NCBI GenBank assembly: GCA_041666915.1
Contig: JBAYFZ010000002.1
Span: 14,771-78,770 of the forward strand
DNA length: 64,000 bases
DNA from: Minisyncoccota bacterium
GTDB lineage: Bacteria; Patescibacteriota; Minisyncoccia; Phycocordibacterales; PALSA-1337
Direction of reading: 5' to 3'
In this document: piece after piece, positions 45,965 through 55,064 of the stretch
How the letters are laid out: the number at the start of each line of letters is the position of its first letter
Numbering within the stretch: position 1 is the first letter of the stretch
Made by a program: the position numbers and the translations under genes
Notes under the pieces: generated by a model
Seen by the model: the letters and a program-made list of their open reading frames with translations, nothing else
Databases searched by the model: none
Told to the model about the DNA's origin: nothing

Positions 45965-47449
45965 ATGAAAAACAAGGATGAAACAATCCCAAAGGAAGTT
46001 GCAGATACCCTTAGAACCCTAGAAAATGCCAAATTTGAGGCGTATCTAGTAGGGGGCTGTGTTCGTGACATCTTCTTAGGAAGAAAGCCTAGGGACTGGG
46101 ATATAACCACCAATGCCAAACCAGACCAGATTCAAGCTTTGTTTCCAAAAACCGTCTATGAAAATACCTTCGGTACAGTTGCTGTCATAAATGAACAAAC
46201 TGAAGACTTAACTCTAAAGAATATAGAGATAACGCCTTACCGAACCGAAACTGGTTATAGCGACCGCAGACACCCAAACGAGGTAACTTTCAGTACAAAG
46301 ATAGAGGACGATCTCAAAAGACGTGACTTTACCGTAAACGCCATAGCTATAAACTTGTCCAATGGAGCCATAAAAGACACTATTGATCTTTATGGTGGAC
46401 TAAAAGACATTCAGGATAAGACTATAAGGACAGTCGGGGAAGCCAAGGACCGCTTCAATGAAGACGCTTTGCGTATGATTAGAGCCGTTCGTTTGGCTGT
46501 GGAATTAGGTTTCACGTGTAACTCCGAAACTTTCAAGGCTATACAGAGCCATAATTCACTAATAAAAGAAGTATCCTTGGAAAGGGTTAGGGATGAGTTT
46601 ACCAAGATAATGATGTCAGAAAGTCCAAAGAAAGGTATTGAATTACTTCACGAATCAGGATTGCTTCAATACATTATCCCTGAATTAGAACAGGGAATTG
46701 GTGTAAAACAACCGCAAGCACACCTTTACGATGTTTGGGAACACTTGCTTAGGACCGTTCAACATTCAGCAGACAAGGGTTACGACTTGGATATGCGCCT
46801 ATCGGCTTTATTCCACGATATAGGTAAACCAAAGACCAAAGACTTTTCACGTGAGACAAATCAGCCTACTTTCTATGGTCATGACGTAGTTGGTTCACGT
46901 GAAACACGTAGAATACTAGAGAAATTGAAGTTTTCACGTGCAACAATAGAAAAAGTGACTAAATTGGTACGTTGGCACATGTTTTTTGCTGATCCTGAGC
47001 AAATAAGCCTTTCTGCAGTAAGAAGGATGGTTGTTAACGTCGGACCAGATAATATCTGGAACCTTATGAATCTACGTATGTGCGACCGTATTGGTACAGG
47101 AAGACCAAAAGAAGACCCTTACAGGCTTAGAAAGTATAAATCAATGATAGAAGAAGCTGTAAGAGCTCCTGTTTCTGTGAAAATGCTCAAAATTGATGGA
47201 AAGAGGATAATGGAGATTGCCAACATTCCACCAAGTCCAAAAGTTGGTATGGTTTTGAATGCTCTCATGGAAGAGGTTTTGGATGATCCAAAATTAAATA
47301 CAAAAGATTATCTTGAAGAAAAAACTCAAAAACTTATTGCATTATCCGAAGAAGAATTGAATAATCTTGCAACAAAAGGGAAAGAAAAGAAAGCAGAAGC
47401 CGAAGAAAAAGAAATAGAAGAGATTAGAAACAAGCACAGTGTTAGATAA
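45965..47449 (+). CDS. cca: CCA-adding tRNA nucleotidyltransferase with HD domain
   Basis: AYLVGGCVRD, RRDFTVNA, HD-domain LFHDIGK. Start may instead be at 45929. Confidence 0.9.
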   Translation: MKNKDETIPKEVADTLRTLENAKFEAYLVGGCVRDIFLGRKPRDWDITTNAKPDQIQALFPKTVYENTFGTVAVINEQTEDLTLKNIEITPYRTETGYSDRRHPNEVTFSTKIEDDLKRRDFTVNAIAINLSNGAIKDTIDLYGGLKDIQDKTIRTVGEAKDRFNEDALRMIRAVRLAVELGFTCNSETFKAIQSHNSLIKEVSLERVRDEFTKIMMSESPKKGIELLHESGLLQYIIPELEQGIGVKQPQAHLYDVWEHLLRTVQHSADKGYDLDMRLSALFHDIGKPKTKDFSRETNQPTFYGHDVVGSRETRRILEKLKFSRATIEKVTKLVRWHMFFADPEQISLSAVRRMVVNVGPDNIWNLMNLRMCDRIGTGRPKEDPYRLRKYKSMIEEAVRAPVSVKMLKIDGKRIMEIANIPPSPKVGMVLNALMEEVLDDPKLNTKDYLEEKTQKLIALSEEELNNLATKGKEKKAEAEEKEIEEIRNKHSVR

Positions 47450-47454
47450 AGGAC

Positions 47455-47880
47455 ATAATTATAGAGTTATCCACAGTTTGTCCTTTACACTCTATTGTAA
47501 AGGACATAGAATAGTACCAGACCAGTTTGTTGTCCGAGACGATCGCAGAATAATGTACACGAAAAAAATAGAGGTTAGAAAAAATTTCGCTGATATTATT
47601 CTGTGATCGTAACAAGCAATGTTCTTTTATAAAGGGAAAGGTAGGCTTCTACTCCTAGTTTGAAGTCTCTCTCAAAAACTTTTAAATCCATCCTTCCGTT
47701 GCTAAGGAAGAATGACGATGTATGACTCTCAAATATATTTATGCCTCCCTACGGGAGAGCAATTTCAAAAAGAGACTGCACATCGCCACCTTTAAGGAAC
47801 TGTCTGGATGAATTAGGTTCGACTTTTGAACCTAAGGGTCATGTGACCCACTTGTTCTTTCTTATTTTGAGAGGAACTTA
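47455..47880 (+). other. about 425-nt ORF-free, hairpin-dense intergenic region ending in a strong terminator; candidate structured ncRNA of unknown class
   Basis: No ORF of 60 aa or more on either strand. Alternative hairpins right after the cca stop (aaggaca/tgtcctt/tgtaaaggaca), a 14-bp stem at about 47548..47617, and a ctccctacgggag hairpin. Confidence 0.3.
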
Positions 47881-47885
47881 AAAAC

Positions 47886-47940
47886 CGCACACTTGCGCTC
47901 ATTCTGATCGCATATCTGTGCGGTTTTATTTTGTTCGTTT
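47886..47940. terminator. bidirectional rho-independent terminator (ccgcaca...tgtgcgg with T-runs on both strands) between the structured region and xth
   Basis: aaaaccgcacacttgcgctcattctgatcgcatatctgtgcggttttattttg. Confidence 0.6.
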
Positions 47941-47950
47941 TTTATGCTAA

Positions 47951-48745
47951 TCACCTAATCACCAACTCAATAGGGCAGTGATCTGAACCTATGACACTAT
48001 CTCGTATTTTGGTCTTTTCTATCTTCTTCAAAATCCCAGAAGTAACAAAGAAATAATCTATACGCCAACCAACATTCCTTTCTCTTGCAAAGGTTTTCAT
48101 ATCCCAATATGTATATTTACCAATCTCATTTGGATAAAAATGACGAAAAACATCCGTATAGCCGGCGTTTACAACTTCATCCAACCACGCACGTTCAACC
48201 GGAAGAAAACCTGTATTATCAACATTTTCTTTTGGTCTAGCTAGATCAATCTCTGTATGAGCAGTATTAATATCACCACAAAAGACTACTTCATAACCAT
48301 TTTTCTTCAATCCATTTATATATTTCAAAAACTCATCATAATATTTCAACTTGAATTCAAGTCTCTCTGGACCACCACCTCCGTTGGGGAAATAGACATT
48401 GAGTAAAACAAATTTACCCAACTTATTACCAAAAGCATTTTCTTCATAAAATAAAGCTAGAAAACGTCCTTCTTGATCAAATTCTGGGATTCCCATTCCA
48501 TATTCAACTTTCGTAGGTTTAACTTTGGAATATACGGCTACACCGCTATAGCCTTTGCGTCCTTTTGAATGATCAAAGTATGAAAAATAACCAACAGGAT
48601 TCCTTACACCAGCTTCTAGCTGTTCTGCTTCAGCTTTTACTTCTTGAATACAGTAAATATCAGGAGATTCGCTCAAAAACCAATCAAAACCACCTTTTTT
48701 GACGTTGGCACGATAACCATTTACGTTCCAAGAAATGATACGCAT
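47951..48745 (-). CDS. xth: exodeoxyribonuclease III (AP endonuclease)
   Basis: 264 aa starting MRIISWNVNG; ExoIII/APE fold motifs. Confidence 0.93.
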   Translation of the reverse strand: MRIISWNVNGYRANVKKGGFDWFLSESPDIYCIQEVKAEAEQLEAGVRNPVGYFSYFDHSKGRKGYSGVAVYSKVKPTKVEYGMGIPEFDQEGRFLALFYEENAFGNKLGKFVLLNVYFPNGGGGPERLEFKLKYYDEFLKYINGLKKNGYEVVFCGDINTAHTEIDLARPKENVDNTGFLPVERAWLDEVVNAGYTDVFRHFYPNEIGKYTYWDMKTFARERNVGWRIDYFFVTSGILKKIEKTKIRDSVIGSDHCPIELVIR

Positions 48746-48775
48746 AGGACAATGATAACATTATCTATATAATTT

Positions 48776-49693
48776 TTACTTCCTCTTATTATGAAACTGT
48801 TTATGAACTCTTTTTAATTCCGAATCCGTAACGTGAGTATAGATTTGGGTTGTACTTATATTGGAATGCCCCAAAAGCATTTGAACTGAACGTAGATCGG
48901 CACCATTGGAAAGTAAATCTGTGGCAAAGACATGTCGAATGACGTGGGGCGTAACTTTCTTTGATATACCAGCTTTTATGGCGCATTGCTTCACAATACG
49001 CTCAACAGAACGTGTATCAAGTCGCAAATCACCACCTCTAGCATTTTCACGACCTAGACGAACAAAGAGGGCATCGTCTATATCTGCACGCTTATCCAAA
49101 TACTTTTTGATGGCACTTTTTGCTTCAGAAGAAAGGAAAACTACACGGATTTTCTCTCCTTTACCTCTTATGGAAAACTCATCAGCACTAAGATCTATAT
49201 CTCTTGAAATGGAACAGAGCTCAGAGACACGAAGACCGGTAGAGAATAGGAGCTCTAATATGGCTTTATCACGTAATGATTTCAAATCATCACCATTGGA
49301 CGAATCTAGAAGTCTTTTCAATTCTTCAGAAGTTATGAGGTCTAGTGGACGTTCTCCAACCTTTGCTAACTCTATATGTTCAGGAGATAAAGACTTCACA
49401 CCACGCTTTGCCAAGAATTTCAGGAAAGAACGTAGGGCAATGAGATAATAGTTCTGAGTTTTCTTCTTCAGAGTCTCTTTTTCAGCCTTTCTATTGCTTG
49501 ATTGACGATTGAGCCACAAATGAAACTCCCTAACTATCTTTTCTGTAATGTCTTCACCCTTCTTTATTTTGGAATATTCTATGAAACGAGAGATGTAATG
49601 ATCATAATTCTCAACAGTTTTGAGAGAACGACCCTTTTCTATCTCAACATATTCCAAAAACTGCTGTTTGAGCTCATTGATATTTTGCGACAT
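48776..49693 (-). CDS. tyrosine site-specific recombinase, XerC/XerD family
   Basis: 305 aa; HVIRHVFAT, LLGHSNISTTQIYTHV (R-H-R-Y catalytic set) and N-terminal SAM-like domain. Confidence 0.85.
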   Translation of the reverse strand: MSQNINELKQQFLEYVEIEKGRSLKTVENYDHYISRFIEYSKIKKGEDITEKIVREFHLWLNRQSSNRKAEKETLKKKTQNYYLIALRSFLKFLAKRGVKSLSPEHIELAKVGERPLDLITSEELKRLLDSSNGDDLKSLRDKAILELLFSTGLRVSELCSISRDIDLSADEFSIRGKGEKIRVVFLSSEAKSAIKKYLDKRADIDDALFVRLGRENARGGDLRLDTRSVERIVKQCAIKAGISKKVTPHVIRHVFATDLLSNGADLRSVQMLLGHSNISTTQIYTHVTDSELKRVHKQFHNKRK

Positions 49694-49756
49694 AGGTACA
49701 TTGTAGTCTTAAAGCCGTCCTTGCGCCAATATTCCATTCATGCTATGATAATCGCC

Positions 49757-50023
49757 ATGTTAACACCGAGACAAAAGACCAAGATAATCAAAGAAACCGG
49801 CATCCACGAAAAGGATAGCGGTTCTCCGGAAGTACAAGTCGCTCTTTTAACAAAAAGAATCGACGAACTAACAGGTCATCTACGCAAACATCGCAAGGAC
49901 AATCACTCAAGACGTGGTCTCCTAGGCATGGTTGCAGATCGTCAGACTCACCTCAATTACCTCAAGAAGAACTATCCAAGACGTTATTCAGCTATCATAA
50001 AGAAGTTGGAACTCAAGAAATAG
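49757..50023 (+). CDS. rpsO: 30S ribosomal protein S15
   Basis: MLTPRQK...GSPEVQVALLTKRIDELTGHLRKHRKDNHSRRGLLGMV. The long upstream part of ORF 49502.. is antisense to the recombinase gene and is not counted. Confidence 0.9.
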   Translation: MLTPRQKTKIIKETGIHEKDSGSPEVQVALLTKRIDELTGHLRKHRKDNHSRRGLLGMVADRQTHLNYLKKNYPRRYSAIIKKLELKK

Positions 50024-50122
50024 TCTTTTCTCTTTCTCTCATATTTAACTACTTATACCCTCATTAGGGTATAATTGTATTAGTAAGACTTTTTAATAAG
50101 AAATAATTTATAAAACATTTTC

Positions 50123-50647
50123 ATGTCAATAATCAAACACAAAGAACAGCGCGTTGGTATTTTCATAGACGCACAAAATCTATATCATAGTGGTAAAAAT
50201 CTATATCACTCCAAAGTCAATTTTGGTCAAATAGTCAAAGACGCAATGGACGGACGCAAACTCGTTCGAGCCGTAGCTTACGTTATCGCTACAGAATCAG
50301 GTGAAGAAAACGCCTTTTTCGAGGCACTTACAAAGATGGGTATAGAAACCAAGGTCAAAGATCTCCAAGTCTTTAGTTCTGGAGCCAAGAAGGCCGACTG
50401 GGACGTTGGGCTTGCTATAGATGCAGTCAAACTATCACCAAAACTAGACTCAGTTATCCTTGTAACTGGTGACGGTGACTTCGTACCGCTCGTTGAATAC
50501 TTGCAAATGAACCAAGGTTGCCAAGTTGAAGTCGCTTCATTCGGTAAATCTACTTCTGCTAAGCTTATAGAAGCAGCAGATAACTTCATGGACCTAGATC
50601 AAGCTCCGAATAAGTATTTGCTAAGATCAGGAGGGAAGGGGAAATAA
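50123..50647 (+). CDS. NYN-domain (LabA/DUF88-like, PIN-fold) protein
   Basis: 174 aa; VGIFIDAQNLYHS...VILVTGDGDFVPLVEYL is the NYN/LabA signature. Confidence 0.7.
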   Translation: MSIIKHKEQRVGIFIDAQNLYHSGKNLYHSKVNFGQIVKDAMDGRKLVRAVAYVIATESGEENAFFEALTKMGIETKVKDLQVFSSGAKKADWDVGLAIDAVKLSPKLDSVILVTGDGDFVPLVEYLQMNQGCQVEVASFGKSTSAKLIEAADNFMDLDQAPNKYLLRSGGKGK

Positions 50648-50857
50648 TAAGATAAAAAATAAAACCTTACTTGTTGAACACAAGCCGACCGTGTTACATT
50701 TGATGTGTCCGAAGTACCTTTATTAATTATTACTGATCCCTAGATACACAGGTTTTCACGCAAGCAAAAATGCCTTGCAATCTGTAATCTAGGGGTGAGT
50801 CCTCTCGATGTTTCAAACATCCGCCAATTGGTGGAGCAGACACCGGGAACAAAACTT

Positions 50858-52999
50858 ATGAATAAAAAAGAATATTCTCTAGAGATCGGAGGAAAAACTC
50901 TCACAGCAGAGTTCAATGATCTTACTGACCAGACCAACGGGGCAGTTATGTTGCGTTACGGTAACACCGTAGTCTTGGCAACCGCTGTAATGGGTAAAAA
51001 TGCAAAAGATAGTGACTTCTTTCCATTGACAGTTGATTACGAGGAACGTTTTTACGCTACAGGCAAAATTCTAGGATCTAGATTTGTACGCAGAGAGGGA
51101 AGACCTTCTACAGAAGCTATCCTTTCCGGAAGAATCGTAGACCGCACTATCCGACCATTGTTTGACCAAAGAATGCGTCATGAAATCCAAGTTGTACTCA
51201 CAACTCTTTCAATAGACAAGGAAGATCCTGATGTAATATCAGTTATCGCCGCTTCTTTGGCTCTAAGCACCTCCAATATTCCATGGAATGGCCCTGCTTC
51301 TGCTGTAAGAATTAATAAGAAAAGCGATTTCATAATCAATCCAAATACCGAAGACCGTGAAAACCCTGAGGTTACTTTGGACATGATCGCTTGTGGTAAA
51401 GATGGAATGATCAATATGATAGAAGTTGGAAGTAAAGAAGTTAGTGAAGATACATTAAATAAAGGACTTACTCTAGCTTCAGCAGAAATTGAGAAGATTC
51501 AGGCTTGGCAGAAAAAGATAGCGTCTGAAATTGGAAAAAAGAAAACTGTAGTTGAATTGGCAGTTCCAACCGAAGGAACTCAGGAACTTTTTGATACTGA
51601 AATTGCTCCACTTTTGAAAAAATTCGTCTTCAGTGGCGAACCTGGAAAAGAAAAGATAGAGGAAATCACAAAGAAGTGGTTAACTCTATTTGCAGAAAAA
51701 TTCCCAGAAGGAAATGAGCCTATGGCATATGAAATATTTGAAGAAGCAGTCAACGACTTGCTACATTCCGAAGCAATTGATAACGACAAGCGTCCAGACG
51801 GTAGAACAATGGATGAAATCCGCCCATTATTGGCCAAAGCCGGTGGTATTTCCCCAATACTTCATGGAACAGGAACATTTTACCGAGGTGGTACACACGT
51901 CCTCTCTATTTTGACACTAGGTTCACCTGGTGACGCTCAAGTCATGGATAGCTTGGTTCCTCAGGAAAATAAAAGATTCATGCACCATTACAATTTCCCA
52001 CCATTTTCAACTGGTGAAGTAGGACGCATGGGTGGAACAAATAGGAGAATGATCGGTCACGGCGCTCTCGCAGAAAAAGCTTTGTCTGCAGTTATACCAG
52101 ATAAGGATAAGTTTCCTTATACTATCAGACTAGTGTCCGAAGCACTCGCTTCAAATGGTTCAACATCAATGGGTTCAGTTTGCGGATCTACAATAGCCCT
52201 CATGGATGGTGGTGTTCCTATCAAAGCTCCGGTTGCTGGTATCGCTTCAGGACTTATGATGCGTAGTCCAAAGGAATATAAGGTTTTGACTGATATCCAA
52301 GGACCAGAAGATCATCATGGTGATATGGATTTCAAAGTTGCTGGTACTAGAAATGGAGTTACAGCAGTACAAATGGATGTAAAGGTAGGTGGTATTCCTT
52401 TGAAAATACTTGCTGAAGCCTTTGAAAAAGCCAAGACCGCACGTTTCCAAATCCTTGATGTTATAGAAAAAGAAATTTCAACACCAAGAGCCAAGATTTC
52501 ACCAAACGCTCCCGAGATCATTGTTATGAAGATTAGACCAGATCAAATCGGACTAGTGATCGGTTCTGGCGGTAAAACTATCAACGAAATTCGTGACACT
52601 ACACTCGTAGAAGATATTACTATTGAAGATGACGGATCTATCTTTATCACAGGTAAAAATGAAACTGCTCAAAAAGCAAAAGATATCATATACGGCATGA
52701 CTCGTGAATATCTAGCCGGTGAAAAATTTGAAGGTGAAGTCGTTCGCCTTATGGACTTCGGCGCTTTCGTAAAGATTGGTCCTAATGCAGAAGGTCTGGT
52801 TCACGTTTCAGAAATAGCACCATTCCGAGTAGAAAGAGTTGAAACTTATCTCAAAGAAGGGGACAAAGTTCCTGTAGCGGTGAAAGAAGTAGATGAAAAA
52901 GGAAGAATCAATCTATCAATCAAAACTGCAAATCCAACATTCTTCACAAAAAAAGAAGAAGTCCCTAAACCAAAGACGGAATTTAAGAAAAGGTACTAG
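50858..52999 (+). CDS. pnp: polynucleotide phosphorylase
   Basis: Two RNase PH domains, KH and C-terminal S1. Start taken at MNKKEYSLEIGGKTLT. Confidence 0.95.
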   Translation: MNKKEYSLEIGGKTLTAEFNDLTDQTNGAVMLRYGNTVVLATAVMGKNAKDSDFFPLTVDYEERFYATGKILGSRFVRREGRPSTEAILSGRIVDRTIRPLFDQRMRHEIQVVLTTLSIDKEDPDVISVIAASLALSTSNIPWNGPASAVRINKKSDFIINPNTEDRENPEVTLDMIACGKDGMINMIEVGSKEVSEDTLNKGLTLASAEIEKIQAWQKKIASEIGKKKTVVELAVPTEGTQELFDTEIAPLLKKFVFSGEPGKEKIEEITKKWLTLFAEKFPEGNEPMAYEIFEEAVNDLLHSEAIDNDKRPDGRTMDEIRPLLAKAGGISPILHGTGTFYRGGTHVLSILTLGSPGDAQVMDSLVPQENKRFMHHYNFPPFSTGEVGRMGGTNRRMIGHGALAEKALSAVIPDKDKFPYTIRLVSEALASNGSTSMGSVCGSTIALMDGGVPIKAPVAGIASGLMMRSPKEYKVLTDIQGPEDHHGDMDFKVAGTRNGVTAVQMDVKVGGIPLKILAEAFEKAKTARFQILDVIEKEISTPRAKISPNAPEIIVMKIRPDQIGLVIGSGGKTINEIRDTTLVEDITIEDDGSIFITGKNETAQKAKDIIYGMTREYLAGEKFEGEVVRLMDFGAFVKIGPNAEGLVHVSEIAPFRVERVETYLKEGDKVPVAVKEVDEKGRINLSIKTANPTFFTKKEEVPKPKTEFKKRY

Positions 53000-53049
53000 T
53001 CAGATTTGTGAGGATTAGAGTTTCTCATAACTCTTGCTATAATAGAGAG

Positions 53050-54597
53050 ATGGATGATGATCTAATCAAACCAGCTCCTGTTCAAAATGTTCCAAATACT
53101 AGTCCTGCCGTAGAAGAACGTGAGGATGAAGCTACGAACGTACAAATGTTTGATATAACAGCGGACCTAAACATCTCACCCGCCAAAGATGATGTTGAAA
53201 ATCCTGCCCCCATATCACCACAGACAATTTCAGCGATCTCCACAGCTTCAATAAATACAGCCCGACCAATAAAAACAGAGATTCCAAAACCTATTCCAAT
53301 AAATATCCCAATAAGCACACCAAAGGTAGATCTAAAAAAGACGACTCTGGAAGAAGCTGTTTCAAAGATAACAATCCCAGGTACAAATCCTCCAACACCT
53401 GTAAGACCTGAACTTACCCCAAAACCACAGGCAACAACTTCTCAATACGGACCAGCAAACCCTCCTGCAAAGACTATAGGGTCTACAACTTTTTCCTTCA
53501 AACCAGTTGATCAAACAAAAAACATTCCTGCAAGACCAACTTCTTTACAAGAGGCGGTTTCATCTATAAGTCAATCAAATGAAGGTAAGACCATACCCAG
53601 TAAACCTGTAGAAATAAAAAATGGTCCGAATGTAAAACCAATACGAACATACGAGACTGATTTTGCTGAAGCAATGTCCAAGAGAAATCTATCAAAGGCT
53701 TCTTTTGCCATAGCTGAAGACAAAAAAGAAGAGGCTATAAAAAATGAAGTTGTAAGAAATGAGACAATCAAAGAAGACGATATAATCTCCAATGAAAATA
53801 TAGCGATTGCAGACCGTGTAAGGATGGTTGAACAAAAAGAACCATCCCATCTAATCAAAAACCTAATCCTAAGTATATTGAGTCTGATTTTGGTAGGAGG
53901 TGGAGCATATACTGCTTATTACTTTTATTCCAAGAGTCAATTATCTCTTGTAACTCCTCCTGTACCTGTAGCACAACCTCAATATTCCAGATCAATTATT
54001 AAATCTGACAGTCAAAGTATTATAAATATAGACAATCTGACTCAAGATCAGATAATATCTCGCATAAAAAAGGAAATAGACAAAACTCAAAAAGAAAATA
54101 GTATAAAAGAAATCCTCCTTACAAAAACACTAAACGATATAACCGAGAAAACTTCGGCCAAAAAGATACTTGAAATAGCAAGATTAACACCTCCAGATAT
54201 CTTCAGTAGATCACTTGGCACAGACTGGATGCTTGGTGTATACGCCAGCACTAATGGACAAAAAAATACTTTTGTAATAACGACAAACAACTTCTTCCAA
54301 AACACTTTCGCTGGAATAATTCAGTGGGAAAAGACTATGCCCGAAGATTTGGGACAATATCTATATCCAACATTTCCCAATAACGCTTCGTCTTCCGAAT
54401 TATCAAAGATAACATTACGTGGACAATACAAAGATCGTATTATAAAGAATAAAGATGTCCGTGAATATATAGCTGAAAATGGACACATTATCTTTCTATA
54501 TTCGTTCATAGACAACAATAAACTAGTCATAACGGATAGTGAAGAGACTTTACAAGAAATAATCTCAAGGCTTGAAAAAACAACACTTATAAGATAA
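53050..54597 (+). CDS. hypothetical membrane-anchored protein with Pro/Thr-rich N-terminal region
   Basis: About 515 aa; one TM helix (LILSILSLILVGGGAYTAYYFY). No family recognised. Confidence 0.45.
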   Translation: MDDDLIKPAPVQNVPNTSPAVEEREDEATNVQMFDITADLNISPAKDDVENPAPISPQTISAISTASINTARPIKTEIPKPIPINIPISTPKVDLKKTTLEEAVSKITIPGTNPPTPVRPELTPKPQATTSQYGPANPPAKTIGSTTFSFKPVDQTKNIPARPTSLQEAVSSISQSNEGKTIPSKPVEIKNGPNVKPIRTYETDFAEAMSKRNLSKASFAIAEDKKEEAIKNEVVRNETIKEDDIISNENIAIADRVRMVEQKEPSHLIKNLILSILSLILVGGGAYTAYYFYSKSQLSLVTPPVPVAQPQYSRSIIKSDSQSIINIDNLTQDQIISRIKKEIDKTQKENSIKEILLTKTLNDITEKTSAKKILEIARLTPPDIFSRSLGTDWMLGVYASTNGQKNTFVITTNNFFQNTFAGIIQWEKTMPEDLGQYLYPTFPNNASSSELSKITLRGQYKDRIIKNKDVREYIAENGHIIFLYSFIDNNKLVITDSEETLQEIISRLEKTTLIR

Positions 54598-54606
54598 TAT
54601 GAGGTT

Positions 54607-54969
54607 ATGAACAAAAGAGACTTGGAGCATTTCAAAACTAAATTATTAGAGGAAAAAAAGGATCTTGAAACCGAGCTTGGTGAAGTTGCCCAAAAAAATC
54701 CATCTTTAGCACAAGGTTGGGAAGCCACTTCAGGCAATATGGACGTTGACCCAGCCGATGAAAACGAGGTTGCAGACAAGTTTGAAGAATATGAAGGCAA
54801 CAAAGGTGTCATGGAAAAGCTAGAAAAACAGTTAAATGAAGTAAATTCTGCTTTAGAGAGGATTAACAATGGTAATTACGGTATATGTGAGGTTTGCAAA
54901 GAGCCCATAGAAAAAGAACGTCTAGAAGCAAACCCTTCTTCAAAAATTTCAATAAAACACAAGCACTAA
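54607..54969 (+). CDS. DksA/TraR-family C4 zinc-finger protein
   Basis: 120 aa; coiled-coil then GNYGICEVCKEPIEKERLEANP (the DksA/TraR Cys-x2-Cys half visible). Confidence 0.7.
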   Translation: MNKRDLEHFKTKLLEEKKDLETELGEVAQKNPSLAQGWEATSGNMDVDPADENEVADKFEEYEGNKGVMEKLEKQLNEVNSALERINNGNYGICEVCKEPIEKERLEANPSSKISIKHKH

Positions 54970-54978
54970 CAGAAAAAT

Positions 54979-55004
54979 CCCGAGATATTGTCTCGGGATT
55001 TTTC
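54979..55004 (+). terminator. rho-independent terminator after the DksA-like gene
   Basis: cccgagatattgtctcggg hairpin plus atttttc. Confidence 0.6.
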
Positions 55005-55011
55005 TTAATCA

Positions 55012-55064
55012 TTTCTTTAACCTTTCTTAATCAGGATTTTAACTCGTATCTGTATGATTATTAG
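55012..55064 (+). promoter_or_regulatory. conserved upstream box (copy 3 of 3) preceding comM
   Basis: atttctttaacctttcttaatcaggattttaactcgtatctgtatgattattag then ATG. One mismatch over about 50 nt to the box upstream of the MBL/ComEC-C gene. Confidence 0.6.

Noticed and set aside
47455-47880. Assignment of the structured region as tmRNA or RNase P RNA
   Set aside because: Could not find the tmRNA GGGG 5' end, a T-arm plus CCA 3' end or an ...AA-stop tag. Also could not find the RNase P P4 consensus (GGAAAGUCCGGGCUCC paired with ACAGAAnCCGGCUUA). Left as unclassified candidate ncRNA.
49502-49756. Long N-terminal extension of the rpsO ORF (TTG start at 49502)
   Set aside because: The upstream 85 codons are antisense to the XerC/D-like recombinase gene. 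The S15 alignment (GSPEVQ at residues 22–27) fixes the start at 49757.
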